IMG/VR virus record: IMGVR_UViG_3300042673_000573
Origin: an uncultured virus (IMG/VR IMGVR_UViG_3300042673_000573)
Lineage: Duplodnaviria; Heunggongvirae; Uroviricota; Caudoviricetes
DNA: 55,584 bases
Reading direction: 5' to 3' (one strand)
Within the stretch, counting starts at the first letter, position 1. Every line of letters starts with the position of its first letter. Both the position numbers and the translations under genes were made by a program. The notes under the pieces are model-generated. The model worked only from the letters and a program-made list of their open reading frames with translations, did not search any database and was not told the DNA's origin. Positions 10,022 through 19,438 of the stretch are shown one piece after another.

Positions 10022-13000
10022 CTAGATTGCACTTAGGGTTTGCGCTGACCAGCCTACATCCGTAGCAATTAAATAATCATAATCTTTTAACGTAAACATG
10101 GAATCTGAATCAATAATAACCTTATTTGTTCCAACATAACTCTTATAAATATCAGAAGGGTCTACTCCGTAGTAAGATTTTGAAGAAAGAACAAGAACTC
10201 CGTTCCATAATGCTGGGTACCAAAAAGTCCATGGGTACTCTCCTTGGGGAGAATATCTAACTCTAAACCAAAGTCTTTTATTTGTTTTTTGAACTTCTTG
10301 TAGGTTTGTTGATTGATAATAAGAAATTGTGTTCATCATCAATGGACCGTTTATGTGAAGATATCCAGGAGTCCCATAGAAGTAAAGTAGTTCTGGGAAA
10401 GATATTCCAAGAAATGCCCACTCATCTATAGAAATAACTGGATTTGAGACAAGGGTTCCATTTAGATAAAATCCAACCCCATCCTCAAGTGCTCCAGTCT
10501 TTGCATTTATAGCATAGATCTTTGCACGACTACCATCTGGATTATTTGCAACTAGATAAAATTTAATGTGCTTGTTTGAAGCCTTAATCTCAAACACTTC
10601 AACTTCTGAAAAAGGAAATGTATCATCTGAATATTTAATGCATGCCTGAAGAACCATAAGGTTATAGTCTGCAGATTTTGTTTTATTAAGTGGTATGGAA
10701 ATACCACGATTAATATTTGGGTTGTTTTGCCCTCTTAGTTCGATACCGCTTCTTTTTGTTAGGTATAGATATGGAGAACTTCCTTTGTATATGGAGAATG
10801 GGTTATTAGATTTGTAGTCATAATAACTTCCAGTCTTTGTATAAGGATACATTGGTATTCCAAATCTTGTTCCTACGGCATTTGGAGATGTATCGTTTAA
10901 TGCCTGAGAAGAGTATTGCAAAAATTTAAGCATAGGCTTTTTTATTTTAGAATCTTTAATAAAAAAGTCAAGATGTGTAACGATAGATATGTCATTTACG
11001 CTTGATGATTTTGGAGGATAGATGATTGAGTTATTAACAACTTCATACTTTGTATTTATCCAGTCTGTGTCTGGATAGATAATTCCATCTTTAGCAATAG
11101 ACTGAGTATTTTCAAAAAACAGATCAGGCTGATTATAAGAGGATGAGGAAAATTTAAAAGATATATATGACTTTAGTATTGAGTCTGTTGTGTCATAGGT
11201 ATAAGTTTTAACTGCGTTATTTTTTAAATCATCATAATCATCATATCCAGTATAAAGATGATTATCTAATGAAGAATATTTCTGTGATATTGGAATTGAA
11301 TATGTTTCGTATAAAGAAGCAATTGTTTCTGTTGTTCCTTCTACTGACACTCTTTCTCCATATTTCCAAAAACCCAAAGAAGTCTCACTCTGTTTTAACT
11401 TGCCTGGTGAATCGTAGTCTATATTAAACTGAATAAAATCAAGATTATAATATTCATCTCCTCTTGCATCTTTAACATATGTTGCTAAATTTGATAACGG
11501 TATTGAGTCTTCCCAATATCCATTAATATCTATACCTAGCCTAAAGGAATCAAAATCTTGTTTTGGAAGAATTGTGCAACTTGCCATGTGGCTTAAAAGC
11601 CTATTGCCTGTAAGCGATGAATAGTTTATGGGTAAGCCAGTTTCATTAAAAAGATCTTTTATCTTTAATGCATTTCTTGCATTACAAAATCCAAAAGCAT
11701 ATATATTTCCAGTAAAAGTGTTAACAAATGTTTTTGTTCCTCCAACATAAAGAGAAAGAGACCCAATATTACCAAAAAAAGAAGAAACGTTCTGTGCATA
11801 GTAGTTAGATAAAACCCTGATGTCTATTCCTACAGAAAAAATATCATTAACTGAAATATTGTTTGTAGACGTATACAGAATTTCTTCTTGTCCACCATAG
11901 TTAAGGCTGTACCTAACTCTACTGCCAACAAAATCTATTGAAAAATAATTACCAGAAATATCATCACTAATTTTAATTAAGCATTGAGTTCCTTCTGCTG
12001 TCTTTGCTTTAAATACTCCGTAAAGAATGTTAACTTCATCATTTAAAAAACTCAAAGAGTTATATCTTAAATATCCATTTTCTAAAGCCCAATCATTTGT
12101 TGGTCTAAACGTAATAAAGTTTTTAGACTCATTCTGTTCTGGTAAACATGAGGAAAAAAGACTTGATTCTGTTTTACTAGATAAAAATATTTCAGGAAGA
12201 GGATATTCTGGAACTGTCAACTTATTGTTATTAACAGAAAGATTATTTGAAATTCCTTGCGACCAAGTTCCAAGAGATGGGTATGAATAATTGTTTGCAT
12301 AATTAGCAAAAGCATAGTCTACATAAACTGAAGAACCGCTATAAGCAGTATTAATATTTTCTGGAAACTCAACTCCTTGTCCATAGACAAATCTTATCTT
12401 TCCAAGTTGATCGGATATCTCGTATGGATAAAGCCCAACACAGTCAATAGAAATATTTGGAATATCCTCATATGCGTAAAAACCAATCCAGTCTTGGTCT
12501 TTACCATTTAAATCAAGTTTATTTTGTGGAACATAAGATTCTTCTGTCAATAACACATCTATAACCTTTTCTCCATTTAGAGATAGTGTTGCTCTGTTCT
12601 TGCTAACAAAAAAATGAAACAGCATTGGTCTTCCCCACTCTGCAACATAGTGAGTTTGATAGTTAGATCCAATCTTAATGCCAACAAAATTTCCATCAAC
12701 ATAGATTCCATCTTCAGAGTTTAATGGTCCAACAATTCTTTTTCTATCGTATGTTTTAGAATTAATATTTGCCCAAAACTCTAGAGTATACTGATTGTTT
12801 TTACCAGACTGGTTTAAAAATCCGTTTGCAGGCAAGATTAAGGATGGGCTGCCATTATTATAATAAATTTGAGTTGAGTTTTGTGAACCATAAACAATAG
12901 GAACTCCAAAGTTTTTTGCTTTTAAATTCATTGAGCCATTAAGCAAATAGTATCCTTTTTGATCTGATCTAGAATACGCAAAAGCCTCAATACCTTTTGT

Positions 13001-13663
13001 AATGGTTGTAGATATTGTTGTAGGTACTGTTACTACAGAACTACCTAAAGATTCTGAACTAAACTCTTCACACCATTGTCCGAAACTAAAACCATTAATT
13101 AAAACCTCTATATTGCTGTTACCTCCATCACCAAAATAATCAATTTCAAAGACAAGTCTTACTGTCACGGCGTCATCTGGAATTCTAAAGGTTTCTCCGA
13201 TAAAAAGCCAAGAGTCAGTTATAGAGGTCTCAAAAGATTTTAATTTTTTAACAACTGTTCCAGAAGCCTCATCATTATATTCATAACCAATTGAGAATGT
13301 AGAAGCATTTTGGCTTAATGATTTAAAGTATGTTCCTACAGCAAAAGTCTTTAAAGATTGATCAAGTTCTTTAAAGTTTTTTAAATCCTTGCTAACATAT
13401 CTTGTTATTCCTTTAGCGTTTATGGCTAGTGGTCTTGCTTTTATTTTTGTTACAATACTTGAAGGGAATGGAGCATCTTCTGTTACAAACAAGGTTTTTT
13501 GACTAGAGTCTATATTTTGGTCAGGATCTACATCCCAAAAGTTTAAACCTCTTTGTATTTCTGAAATTTGAGAAACGTAATCTGCTTTGTCATCTAAAGA
13601 CCATAGGACAGTCGGTTGCTGTGCAAACACTTTTTCTGCATATAAATTTGAAGCAATAGACAT
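10022..13663 (-). CDS. Large virion structural protein (possible LamG-like domains)
   Basis: 1213 aa; N-terminal P.VLWSLDD; YTLEFW..LSLNGE segment; GGAGG RBS. Confidence 0.55.
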   Translation of the reverse strand: MSIASNLYAEKVFAQQPTVLWSLDDKADYVSQISEIQRGLNFWDVDPDQNIDSSQKTLFVTEDAPFPSSIVTKIKARPLAINAKGITRYVSKDLKNFKELDQSLKTFAVGTYFKSLSQNASTFSIGYEYNDEASGTVVKKLKSFETSITDSWLFIGETFRIPDDAVTVRLVFEIDYFGDGGNSNIEVLINGFSFGQWCEEFSSESLGSSVVTVPTTISTTITKGIEAFAYSRSDQKGYYLLNGSMNLKAKNFGVPIVYGSQNSTQIYYNNGSPSLILPANGFLNQSGKNNQYTLEFWANINSKTYDRKRIVGPLNSEDGIYVDGNFVGIKIGSNYQTHYVAEWGRPMLFHFFVSKNRATLSLNGEKVIDVLLTEESYVPQNKLDLNGKDQDWIGFYAYEDIPNISIDCVGLYPYEISDQLGKIRFVYGQGVEFPENINTAYSGSSVYVDYAFANYANNYSYPSLGTWSQGISNNLSVNNNKLTVPEYPLPEIFLSSKTESSLFSSCLPEQNESKNFITFRPTNDWALENGYLRYNSLSFLNDEVNILYGVFKAKTAEGTQCLIKISDDISGNYFSIDFVGSRVRYSLNYGGQEEILYTSTNNISVNDIFSVGIDIRVLSNYYAQNVSSFFGNIGSLSLYVGGTKTFVNTFTGNIYAFGFCNARNALKIKDLFNETGLPINYSSLTGNRLLSHMASCTILPKQDFDSFRLGIDINGYWEDSIPLSNLATYVKDARGDEYYNLDFIQFNIDYDSPGKLKQSETSLGFWKYGERVSVEGTTETIASLYETYSIPISQKYSSLDNHLYTGYDDYDDLKNNAVKTYTYDTTDSILKSYISFKFSSSSYNQPDLFFENTQSIAKDGIIYPDTDWINTKYEVVNNSIIYPPKSSSVNDISIVTHLDFFIKDSKIKKPMLKFLQYSSQALNDTSPNAVGTRFGIPMYPYTKTGSYYDYKSNNPFSIYKGSSPYLYLTKRSGIELRGQNNPNINRGISIPLNKTKSADYNLMVLQACIKYSDDTFPFSEVEVFEIKASNKHIKFYLVANNPDGSRAKIYAINAKTGALEDGVGFYLNGTLVSNPVISIDEWAFLGISFPELLYFYGTPGYLHINGPLMMNTISYYQSTNLQEVQKTNKRLWFRVRYSPQGEYPWTFWYPALWNGVLVLSSKSYYGVDPSDIYKSYVGTNKVIIDSDSMFTLKDYDYLIATDVGWSAQTLSAI

Positions 13664-13684
13664 AGGTCCTCCTAGTCTATTTTA

Positions 13685-14215
13685 TCATACAATGCGGGTA
13701 AACCAACGTGGTGTTGTGTATCGTATTCCATCTTGAATTCCCCGAACTCCGTGCACATAGTCTGGATTGTCTGGGAAGCAAAGAAGATCTCCTGGCTCAG
13801 GCTTATGAGATATACCTAATGCTGGGAAATATATATCTCCACCAGTATAGTCGTCATTAAGATAAAGAATTGTTGCAATATCATTTGGTCTATTCATATC
13901 ATAATGCTCGTGCATGCCCTCACCTGGAGTAAACTTTGCAATATGTGTTTTTTCATCTAAGAAAGGCTGAAATGGCCCTTCATAATTTTCAAGAACAAAA
14001 TCATAAACCTTTTTAGCATACTCTTGCAAAACATCTAAAGAAGACTGATCATTTCTTTGTATTTCGTGATATGTATGTACTGTAAACTCTTTTTCGCCAT
14101 TTCCATACTCAGTAAAAAGAAGTGTATGTGCTTTTGAGTATTCTGTAATAGACATTGCCAAATTCTTTGGCATAAACTCTTTTACATATATTACTTTTGA
14201 TTTTAAATCTTCCAT
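13685..14215 (-). CDS. 2OG-Fe(II) oxygenase, prolyl-4-hydroxylase-like
   Basis: HYD...ILYLNDDYTGGDIYFP...HGV...RY: HxD..H triad and 2OG-binding Arg. Confidence 0.9.
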   Translation of the reverse strand: MEDLKSKVIYVKEFMPKNLAMSITEYSKAHTLLFTEYGNGEKEFTVHTYHEIQRNDQSSLDVLQEYAKKVYDFVLENYEGPFQPFLDEKTHIAKFTPGEGMHEHYDMNRPNDIATILYLNDDYTGGDIYFPALGISHKPEPGDLLCFPDNPDYVHGVRGIQDGIRYTTPRWFTRIV

Positions 14216-16245
14216 TATTTCACCTTAATTTCGCAATAGTCTGTTGTGCAATATGCTTCACCCTGAGCCTCAAGATTATCTACACCGTCGTAAATTGCTC
14301 CAAAGTCAATGTGCTTCAATTTGCCAATATAACCATTATACTCCTCTTCAGTAATCTGAGTATATGGTTGCTGAGGATATGTATGATTTCCCATTGGTAG
14401 GAACGAAACAGCCTTCAATTGCCCTTCGTACATATGTAGTGCTGGAGCAACGTGCTTTGATTCTGTTTCCTTGTCAAAAGATAGTGTTACAGAAACTCCA
14501 TTGTCTGACCAGTACTTCTGAGCAGTTGCAGCAAGGGCAATCTTTTCAAATAATGTTACATCCTTTTCAGAACGTTTTTGTCCTGACTTAATTGGGAAAT
14601 AAACTACAGATGTATTTGCTGAGACTACGTCTTTTTCAACGTTATAATTTGCTGCCTTGAATAAATGCAGCATTGGATCTGTATCACCAAAACGGACTGC
14701 ACGTAAGAAGAATTCTCCTCCAGGACCCCAGTGAACTCCAGGAGTTGCACCAGAAAGAATTGATACTGATCCTGATGGCTTAACTGTTGTTACACGAATT
14801 GATTCACGAACACATAGCCATTCTGAATACTGGTGATCATAGTGACGGATCTTGTTATACCCTTCATCCATCCATTCACGAACTGCTGGCAAACCTTTTT
14901 GATCTGCAAATGATGCAATACCAGTAAGGGATGTACCAATACGACGATTACGTTGCATGATACCGTTTGTTTGTGGCCAGTGTGTTGGAAGAAGAGTGAC
15001 AGTCTTGCCATATAGGTAAGCAAACTTTAATGTCTTGAGGAAGTCCTCCTTAGATTCATGACGATTCAAGTGCACTTCTACAAGTGTACATAATTCATAT
15101 GACTCTAATGGCTGCTCCGCACAAGGATTAAAGCCCATAACACGATAGTCTTTTCCATCTGCGGGATCTGCAAGACGACCATAATTACGAGCAACATCAA
15201 GCCAAATAAATCCTGGCTCTCCATTGTTAACAATTAGATCAGTATATTTTTCATATTCCATTCCAACTGTTGCAGAAATTGAGTTATTTGACATCCAAGC
15301 CCAACCTGGATTTTCTGGATCAAAAGAGTTACGCTCTGGAAAAACTTCAGCATTTTTAAGATTAATAAAATCTTCGTCTCCTGCTGCTCCTAAAGCAAGA
15401 GTTGCAGAACGACGAACATTGCCAGAAACAACACATGTACCAATAAGGTTAATTATGTCTGTGATAGCACGAGAATCTAAGGTTTCTCCTACTCTACCGC
15501 CAATTACACGATCTACCTGTGTATGTAGTTGAATAAGGGGTGCTGGACCGCTGGCGACCCCTCCAAAGCCTTTAATGGGTGCTCCTAGAGGTCTGATAAG
15601 GTCGTAGTTAAACTTTTGAATAGACTGATTTGGTCTTAGGTAAGAATTAAGAAGAAGTCTTACTGATTCAACCCAGCCTTCACGAGTGTCTGGAATTTCG
15701 AACACCTGTTCTGGTTCTGTTGGAGCAGAGATTAAGAAATTCTTTTCCTGTCCTACTGTATCAAACCCTACTCCGATACCAAGCATCAAAGCATCCATTA
15801 CCCAAGCAAACAAGGCTCCTGGATCATTCTTATCAAGGTCCTTTGTAGAAACCATTGCACAGTTTTGGAGTGCTGCTGAGTTCTTCTTCTCCATTGTCAT
15901 TGGTGTACCAAAAGTCCACATACCTCTTCCTGGTGGTGTCCACTTTAGTTCAAACATTCTTTGGAATGCTTCTTGTGCAGACTTCTGAGCCTTGTAGTCA
16001 TTCCATGGTAGACGGTTTTCTTTAGCATGGTTCTTTTGAACTGAATACATACCCTCGATTACACGACGACAAACTTCGTGCCATCTTTCCTTAGTTCCAT
16101 CTTCTTTCATGCGAGAATACGTACGAATAAAAGTAATTTCTCCAAGTGAATTTTCTGCTGCATCCTTAAACCCGAATGGGCTTTCTTGGCTCTTGTACTT
16201 TTCTACGAAGTCCTCTGGAAGTTTAAAACTAAAAAAATCTGACAT
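14215..16245 (-). CDS. nrdJ: Class II (adenosylcobalamin) ribonucleotide reductase, monomeric RTPR type
   Basis: PPGRGMW, NCAMVST, GNVRRSA, NPCAEQPL, TTVKPSGSVS and C-terminal CTTDYC. Confidence 0.95.
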   Translation of the reverse strand: MSDFFSFKLPEDFVEKYKSQESPFGFKDAAENSLGEITFIRTYSRMKEDGTKERWHEVCRRVIEGMYSVQKNHAKENRLPWNDYKAQKSAQEAFQRMFELKWTPPGRGMWTFGTPMTMEKKNSAALQNCAMVSTKDLDKNDPGALFAWVMDALMLGIGVGFDTVGQEKNFLISAPTEPEQVFEIPDTREGWVESVRLLLNSYLRPNQSIQKFNYDLIRPLGAPIKGFGGVASGPAPLIQLHTQVDRVIGGRVGETLDSRAITDIINLIGTCVVSGNVRRSATLALGAAGDEDFINLKNAEVFPERNSFDPENPGWAWMSNNSISATVGMEYEKYTDLIVNNGEPGFIWLDVARNYGRLADPADGKDYRVMGFNPCAEQPLESYELCTLVEVHLNRHESKEDFLKTLKFAYLYGKTVTLLPTHWPQTNGIMQRNRRIGTSLTGIASFADQKGLPAVREWMDEGYNKIRHYDHQYSEWLCVRESIRVTTVKPSGSVSILSGATPGVHWGPGGEFFLRAVRFGDTDPMLHLFKAANYNVEKDVVSANTSVVYFPIKSGQKRSEKDVTLFEKIALAATAQKYWSDNGVSVTLSFDKETESKHVAPALHMYEGQLKAVSFLPMGNHTYPQQPYTQITEEEYNGYIGKLKHIDFGAIYDGVDNLEAQGEAYCTTDYCEIKVK

Positions 16246-16333
16246 TTGTATCGTCCTTTCAAAAACGGATTAAGGTTTAAGTATACCAGAGTTTTATAAA
16301 AAGCAAAACTCTACCTTAATGTGTAGTTGAGAG

Positions 16334-16483
16334 TTAAGAAAAACTCATACCTCTATCATGAGAAATAGGAAAACATCTTTCACAATAAGACTTTGATGCA
16401 CTTGTAACTGGACAAGATTTAGTAACAACCTTGTGACCAAAAACAAAACATAAAATCTTTTTAGATATTAAAGTTCTACCCAT
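16334..16483 (-). CDS. Small Cys/His protein (C.xFGH...CxRC)
   Basis: 49 aa MGRTLISKKILCFVFGHK...YCERC..., not in the ORF track; overlaps upstream stop. Confidence 0.5.
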   Translation of the reverse strand: MGRTLISKKILCFVFGHKVVTKSCPVTSASKSYCERCFPISHDRGMSFS

Positions 16484-17139
16484 AGTGAATCTACGCCAAG
16501 ACTTTTTGGACAAATATCATATGCAATAGTGATTCTGCTTTTTTCACTCCACCATAAATCTCTTGTATGAGGGTGACCAGTTTCTGAAACAATTGCTCTA
16601 TTGTTAATATTAACATTGTCAAAATCTTTAACTCTATCAATTTGATAAAAAGTTACAGATGGTTCTGCATTGACACAGTAGTAACCATGAAAAACTGGAG
16701 CGCCTTGTCCACCCATATGGTCATGAAGATTCATCTTTACAGAAGACTTATCTGGATTAGCAGCAAGCCATTGCTCTTTAGTTCCAGGAAGCATTTTCTT
16801 GTCAAGGTTGTACCAACCCTTAATCGCATAGTTCTGCTCATTAAAATCAATACCGTAGTAAGCAGATGCCTCAAAGACCAAGTCTCTCAGGGTGTCTTTT
16901 AGTTTATCTAATCCTGGGTGACTATATGTGTTTTTATCAAATATATTATAGTGATGAGCCAGTTGTGTCGAAGGCCCATGATCTTCATCTACTCCAACTA
17001 GTTCTTCTTTTGGAATAAAATCTCTTTGTCCTGCAACCATCTTTTTTTGATCATCAGCAAGGTAATCAAATAAAGAATCTAAATCATTATCAATAATCTT
17101 ATCAAAAAACTTATGTGGTGGTTTAGACATTGCTATCAT
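16468..17139 (-). CDS. Putative Fe(II)/2OG oxygenase (cupin fold)
   Basis: GWYN, HDH, FHGYYCV, GHPH, RITIAYD; ATGA overlap with upstream paralog. Confidence 0.65.
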   Translation of the reverse strand: MIAMSKPPHKFFDKIIDNDLDSLFDYLADDQKKMVAGQRDFIPKEELVGVDEDHGPSTQLAHHYNIFDKNTYSHPGLDKLKDTLRDLVFEASAYYGIDFNEQNYAIKGWYNLDKKMLPGTKEQWLAANPDKSSVKMNLHDHMGGQGAPVFHGYYCVNAEPSVTFYQIDRVKDFDNVNINNRAIVSETGHPHTRDLWWSEKSRITIAYDICPKSLGVDSLWVEL

Positions 17140-17798
17140 GATAATGGGATCCAATGCTGCTCTTGGCCCATACCGTGAGTAATTAGGTCTCTTAGTGGAA
17201 TAACATCATATGCAACAGTAATTCTTGGACCTTCCCAGTCCCAGTCAGCCATAGCATGTGGGTGACCCATTTCAGAAAGAATTGCCCTATTGTCAATGTT
17301 AACATTTTCAACATTCTTATCAAATACACGATAGTGTGTTGTAGATGGAGCAGCCTTTACACAATAGTATCCATGGAAGTTTGGGGCACCTTCTGGACCA
17401 TGATCGTGCCAGTCTAGTTTTCCTTTACCTTTGTTGGTAATGTTAAACCATCCTTGAAGCATATATTGGTTTGCATTAAAATCAACACCATAATAGTCAC
17501 ATGCTTCTTTTGTCATATCGCCAATTGCCTTGTATAGGCTATAAAGTTCTTTACTGTGAAATTGGAAAACATTATATTGTCTCCACTTCATTGTTGAAAC
17601 ACTGTTTGACTGCTTCCATATTTCATTTTCTCCAACTGGAGTTACGCCAATAATTTCTGCTTTTTGAATTTTAGTATATCGATCTTGAAGATCTGCTGAC
17701 AACTTGTTTAAATCATTACCAAGAAATCTCTCAAAAAACCTATGAGGTTGTGGAGACCTGCTTGTACTTTCCACCATCGGTGGGTAGTTTGAATTCAT
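17136..17798 (-). CDS. Putative Fe(II)/2OG oxygenase (cupin fold), paralog of 16468..17139
   Basis: GWFN, WHDH, FHGYYCV, GHPH, RITVAYD. Confidence 0.65.
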   Translation of the reverse strand: MNSNYPPMVESTSRSPQPHRFFERFLGNDLNKLSADLQDRYTKIQKAEIIGVTPVGENEIWKQSNSVSTMKWRQYNVFQFHSKELYSLYKAIGDMTKEACDYYGVDFNANQYMLQGWFNITNKGKGKLDWHDHGPEGAPNFHGYYCVKAAPSTTHYRVFDKNVENVNIDNRAILSEMGHPHAMADWDWEGPRITVAYDVIPLRDLITHGMGQEQHWIPLS

Positions 17799-17839
17799 AT
17801 TTTTCCCCTATTCAACTAGTAAATAAAGTATATCACATG

Positions 17840-19408
17840 CTACGCTTGTGGTGTTTGAGTCTGGTCGTACCAGTCTTTACCATCATGTGTAAGCGAGTGC
17901 TCGGTGAAGAATATGTCATAAGGCTCACAGTTAACTGTAATAACATTTACTGGGAACTCAAGAGTTTCAAGTTCAGTAACAGGTGCCCATGCTCCTAGAG
18001 AGTAATCCCAAACCATATCTGTTTGAACTATATTTTTAGCCCATTCAAATGTTGAAACTCCTTCTCTTTGTACAAGAATTAAGTGGCTTGGAGAGAATGC
18101 ATCTCCATTTAGTCTAATTGTTGTATCTGTAGCATGTGTATCTATCTTGTTAATTGTTGTTACAACTTCTTCTGCTGAAGACAGATCAAACTCACTAGAC
18201 CAATCGTAGATTGTTGCTGTCTGTGTATCTGAAAGTCCTGGAAGAGATATAGACTTTAGTTGATCGCCAACATTAAGGTCTTGTGCTTCTTTAAGAGTTC
18301 CGTCAGACATTCTGACCTTAGTCTTAGGTCCAAGAGAGTAGTATCCTGGGCCACGTGCTGGTGAGAATCCAAAGACACCGAATGGTGAGAATCCAAAGAC
18401 ACCGAATGGTGAGAATCCAAAGACACCGAATGGTGAGAATCCAAATACTGAGAATGGTGAGAATGGTGAGAATCCGAAGACACCGAATGGTGAGAATCCA
18501 AATACGTAGAAAGGAGTAAATGTAAACACTGAAAATGGTGCTACAGGTGCAAACGTAAATACGCTAAATGGAATAAATGAGAATACTCCGAATGGGGCAA
18601 ACGAAAACACTCCGAATGGAGTAAACGAGAACACTGGAGCAAATGAGAATACGCCAAACGGTGTAAACGAGAATACTCCGAATGGAGCAAATGAGAATAC
18701 GCCAAACGGTGTAAACGAGAATACTGGTGTAAACGAGAACACTCCAAATGGAGTAAACGAGAATACTCCGAATGGAGTAAACGAGAATGTCTGAACAGAA
18801 GCAGAAGCGGTAGAAAGTTCTGACCATCCCTTTGAGTTATAGGCACGAACACGATATGTCTGTGATGTTCCTGCTTCTTGGTTTACGTTTATTGATGTTC
18901 CAGAAGTATAAACTGTCTTTCCATCTGATGATGTAATTTCATAGTTTGTTATTGCTGCTCCGCCATTATCTGCAGGGGCTAACCAAGATACGCTATCATA
19001 GGCTGCTCCAGTTGGTGAAGATGCTGTTACTGCTGTTGGAGCATCTGGAACTGTAATAGACTCAAATGATCCACCAACAAGTTCAGAAGAGTCTCCATAA
19101 GATGCGTGAACTGCTTTTATTTTCCAAGTGTAGTTTGTACCACCACGAAGTCCAGTTGCTATAAATGGTGAAGATGTTACCCCAGCAAATGTTTTAGTTC
19201 CATAAGATGCACTGGTTGCTGTAATGGTGTAAGATGTTGGGGTTGCACCGTAGGTTGGGGGTGTAAATGTAATTGTAAACTGACCACTAAAATATGTAAA
19301 ACCAGAGTTAACTACAGAAACAATTGTTGGTTCTGTTGGGCTAATCGACTGATATCTTGGAACAGCCTTTGACTGCTTTCCTGCTTTACCACCTTTACGA
19401 ATTGGCAT
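17840..19408 (-). CDS. Two FN3 domains, 18 FxF[TSA]P repeats and C-terminal Hint domain
   Basis: FN3 signatures (VPDAPT..VSWLAPADNGGAAITNY..YRVRAYN); repeat block; Hint blocks SLGPKTKVRMSDG...VGD, FSPSH, LTHD. Confidence 0.8.
   Translation of the reverse strand: MPIRKGGKAGKQSKAVPRYQSISPTEPTIVSVVNSGFTYFSGQFTITFTPPTYGATPTSYTITATSASYGTKTFAGVTSSPFIATGLRGGTNYTWKIKAVHASYGDSSELVGGSFESITVPDAPTAVTASSPTGAAYDSVSWLAPADNGGAAITNYEITSSDGKTVYTSGTSINVNQEAGTSQTYRVRAYNSKGWSELSTASASVQTFSFTPFGVFSFTPFGVFSFTPVFSFTPFGVFSFAPFGVFSFTPFGVFSFAPVFSFTPFGVFSFAPFGVFSFIPFSVFTFAPVAPFSVFTFTPFYVFGFSPFGVFGFSPFSPFSVFGFSPFGVFGFSPFGVFGFSPFGVFGFSPARGPGYYSLGPKTKVRMSDGTLKEAQDLNVGDQLKSISLPGLSDTQTATIYDWSSEFDLSSAEEVVTTINKIDTHATDTTIRLNGDAFSPSHLILVQREGVSTFEWAKNIVQTDMVWDYSLGAWAPVTELETLEFPVNVITVNCEPYDIFFTEHSLTHDGKDWYDQTQTPQA
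18358..18787 (-). repeat. Coding tandem repeat, mostly 24-nt units (FGVFSFTP/FGVFGFSP)
   Basis: e.g. TGGTGAGAATCCAAAGACACCGAA repeated exactly three times from 18359. Confidence 0.95.
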
Positions 19409-19438
19409 TTATTTCCCCTTTTCCTATTTGTATTTTAA

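Noticed and set aside
14215..16245. Intein or intron in nrdJ
   Set aside because: Length and motifs are continuous; no insertion evident.
17882..18337. Hint domains as mobile inteins
   Set aside because: They are C-terminal with only a short tail, have no endonuclease and no +1 nucleophile.
18358..18500. Possible CRISPR array
   Set aside because: Tandem 24-nt units with no unique spacers, in frame within a gene; no cas genes seen.
18256..18852. Alternative-frame ORFs with DSHHSVS / SRLLHSEY / ILVYS repeats
   Set aside because: Shadows of the 24-nt coding repeat in 17840..19408; no RBS or promoter. The same applies to 28744..29222 and 20311..20775.
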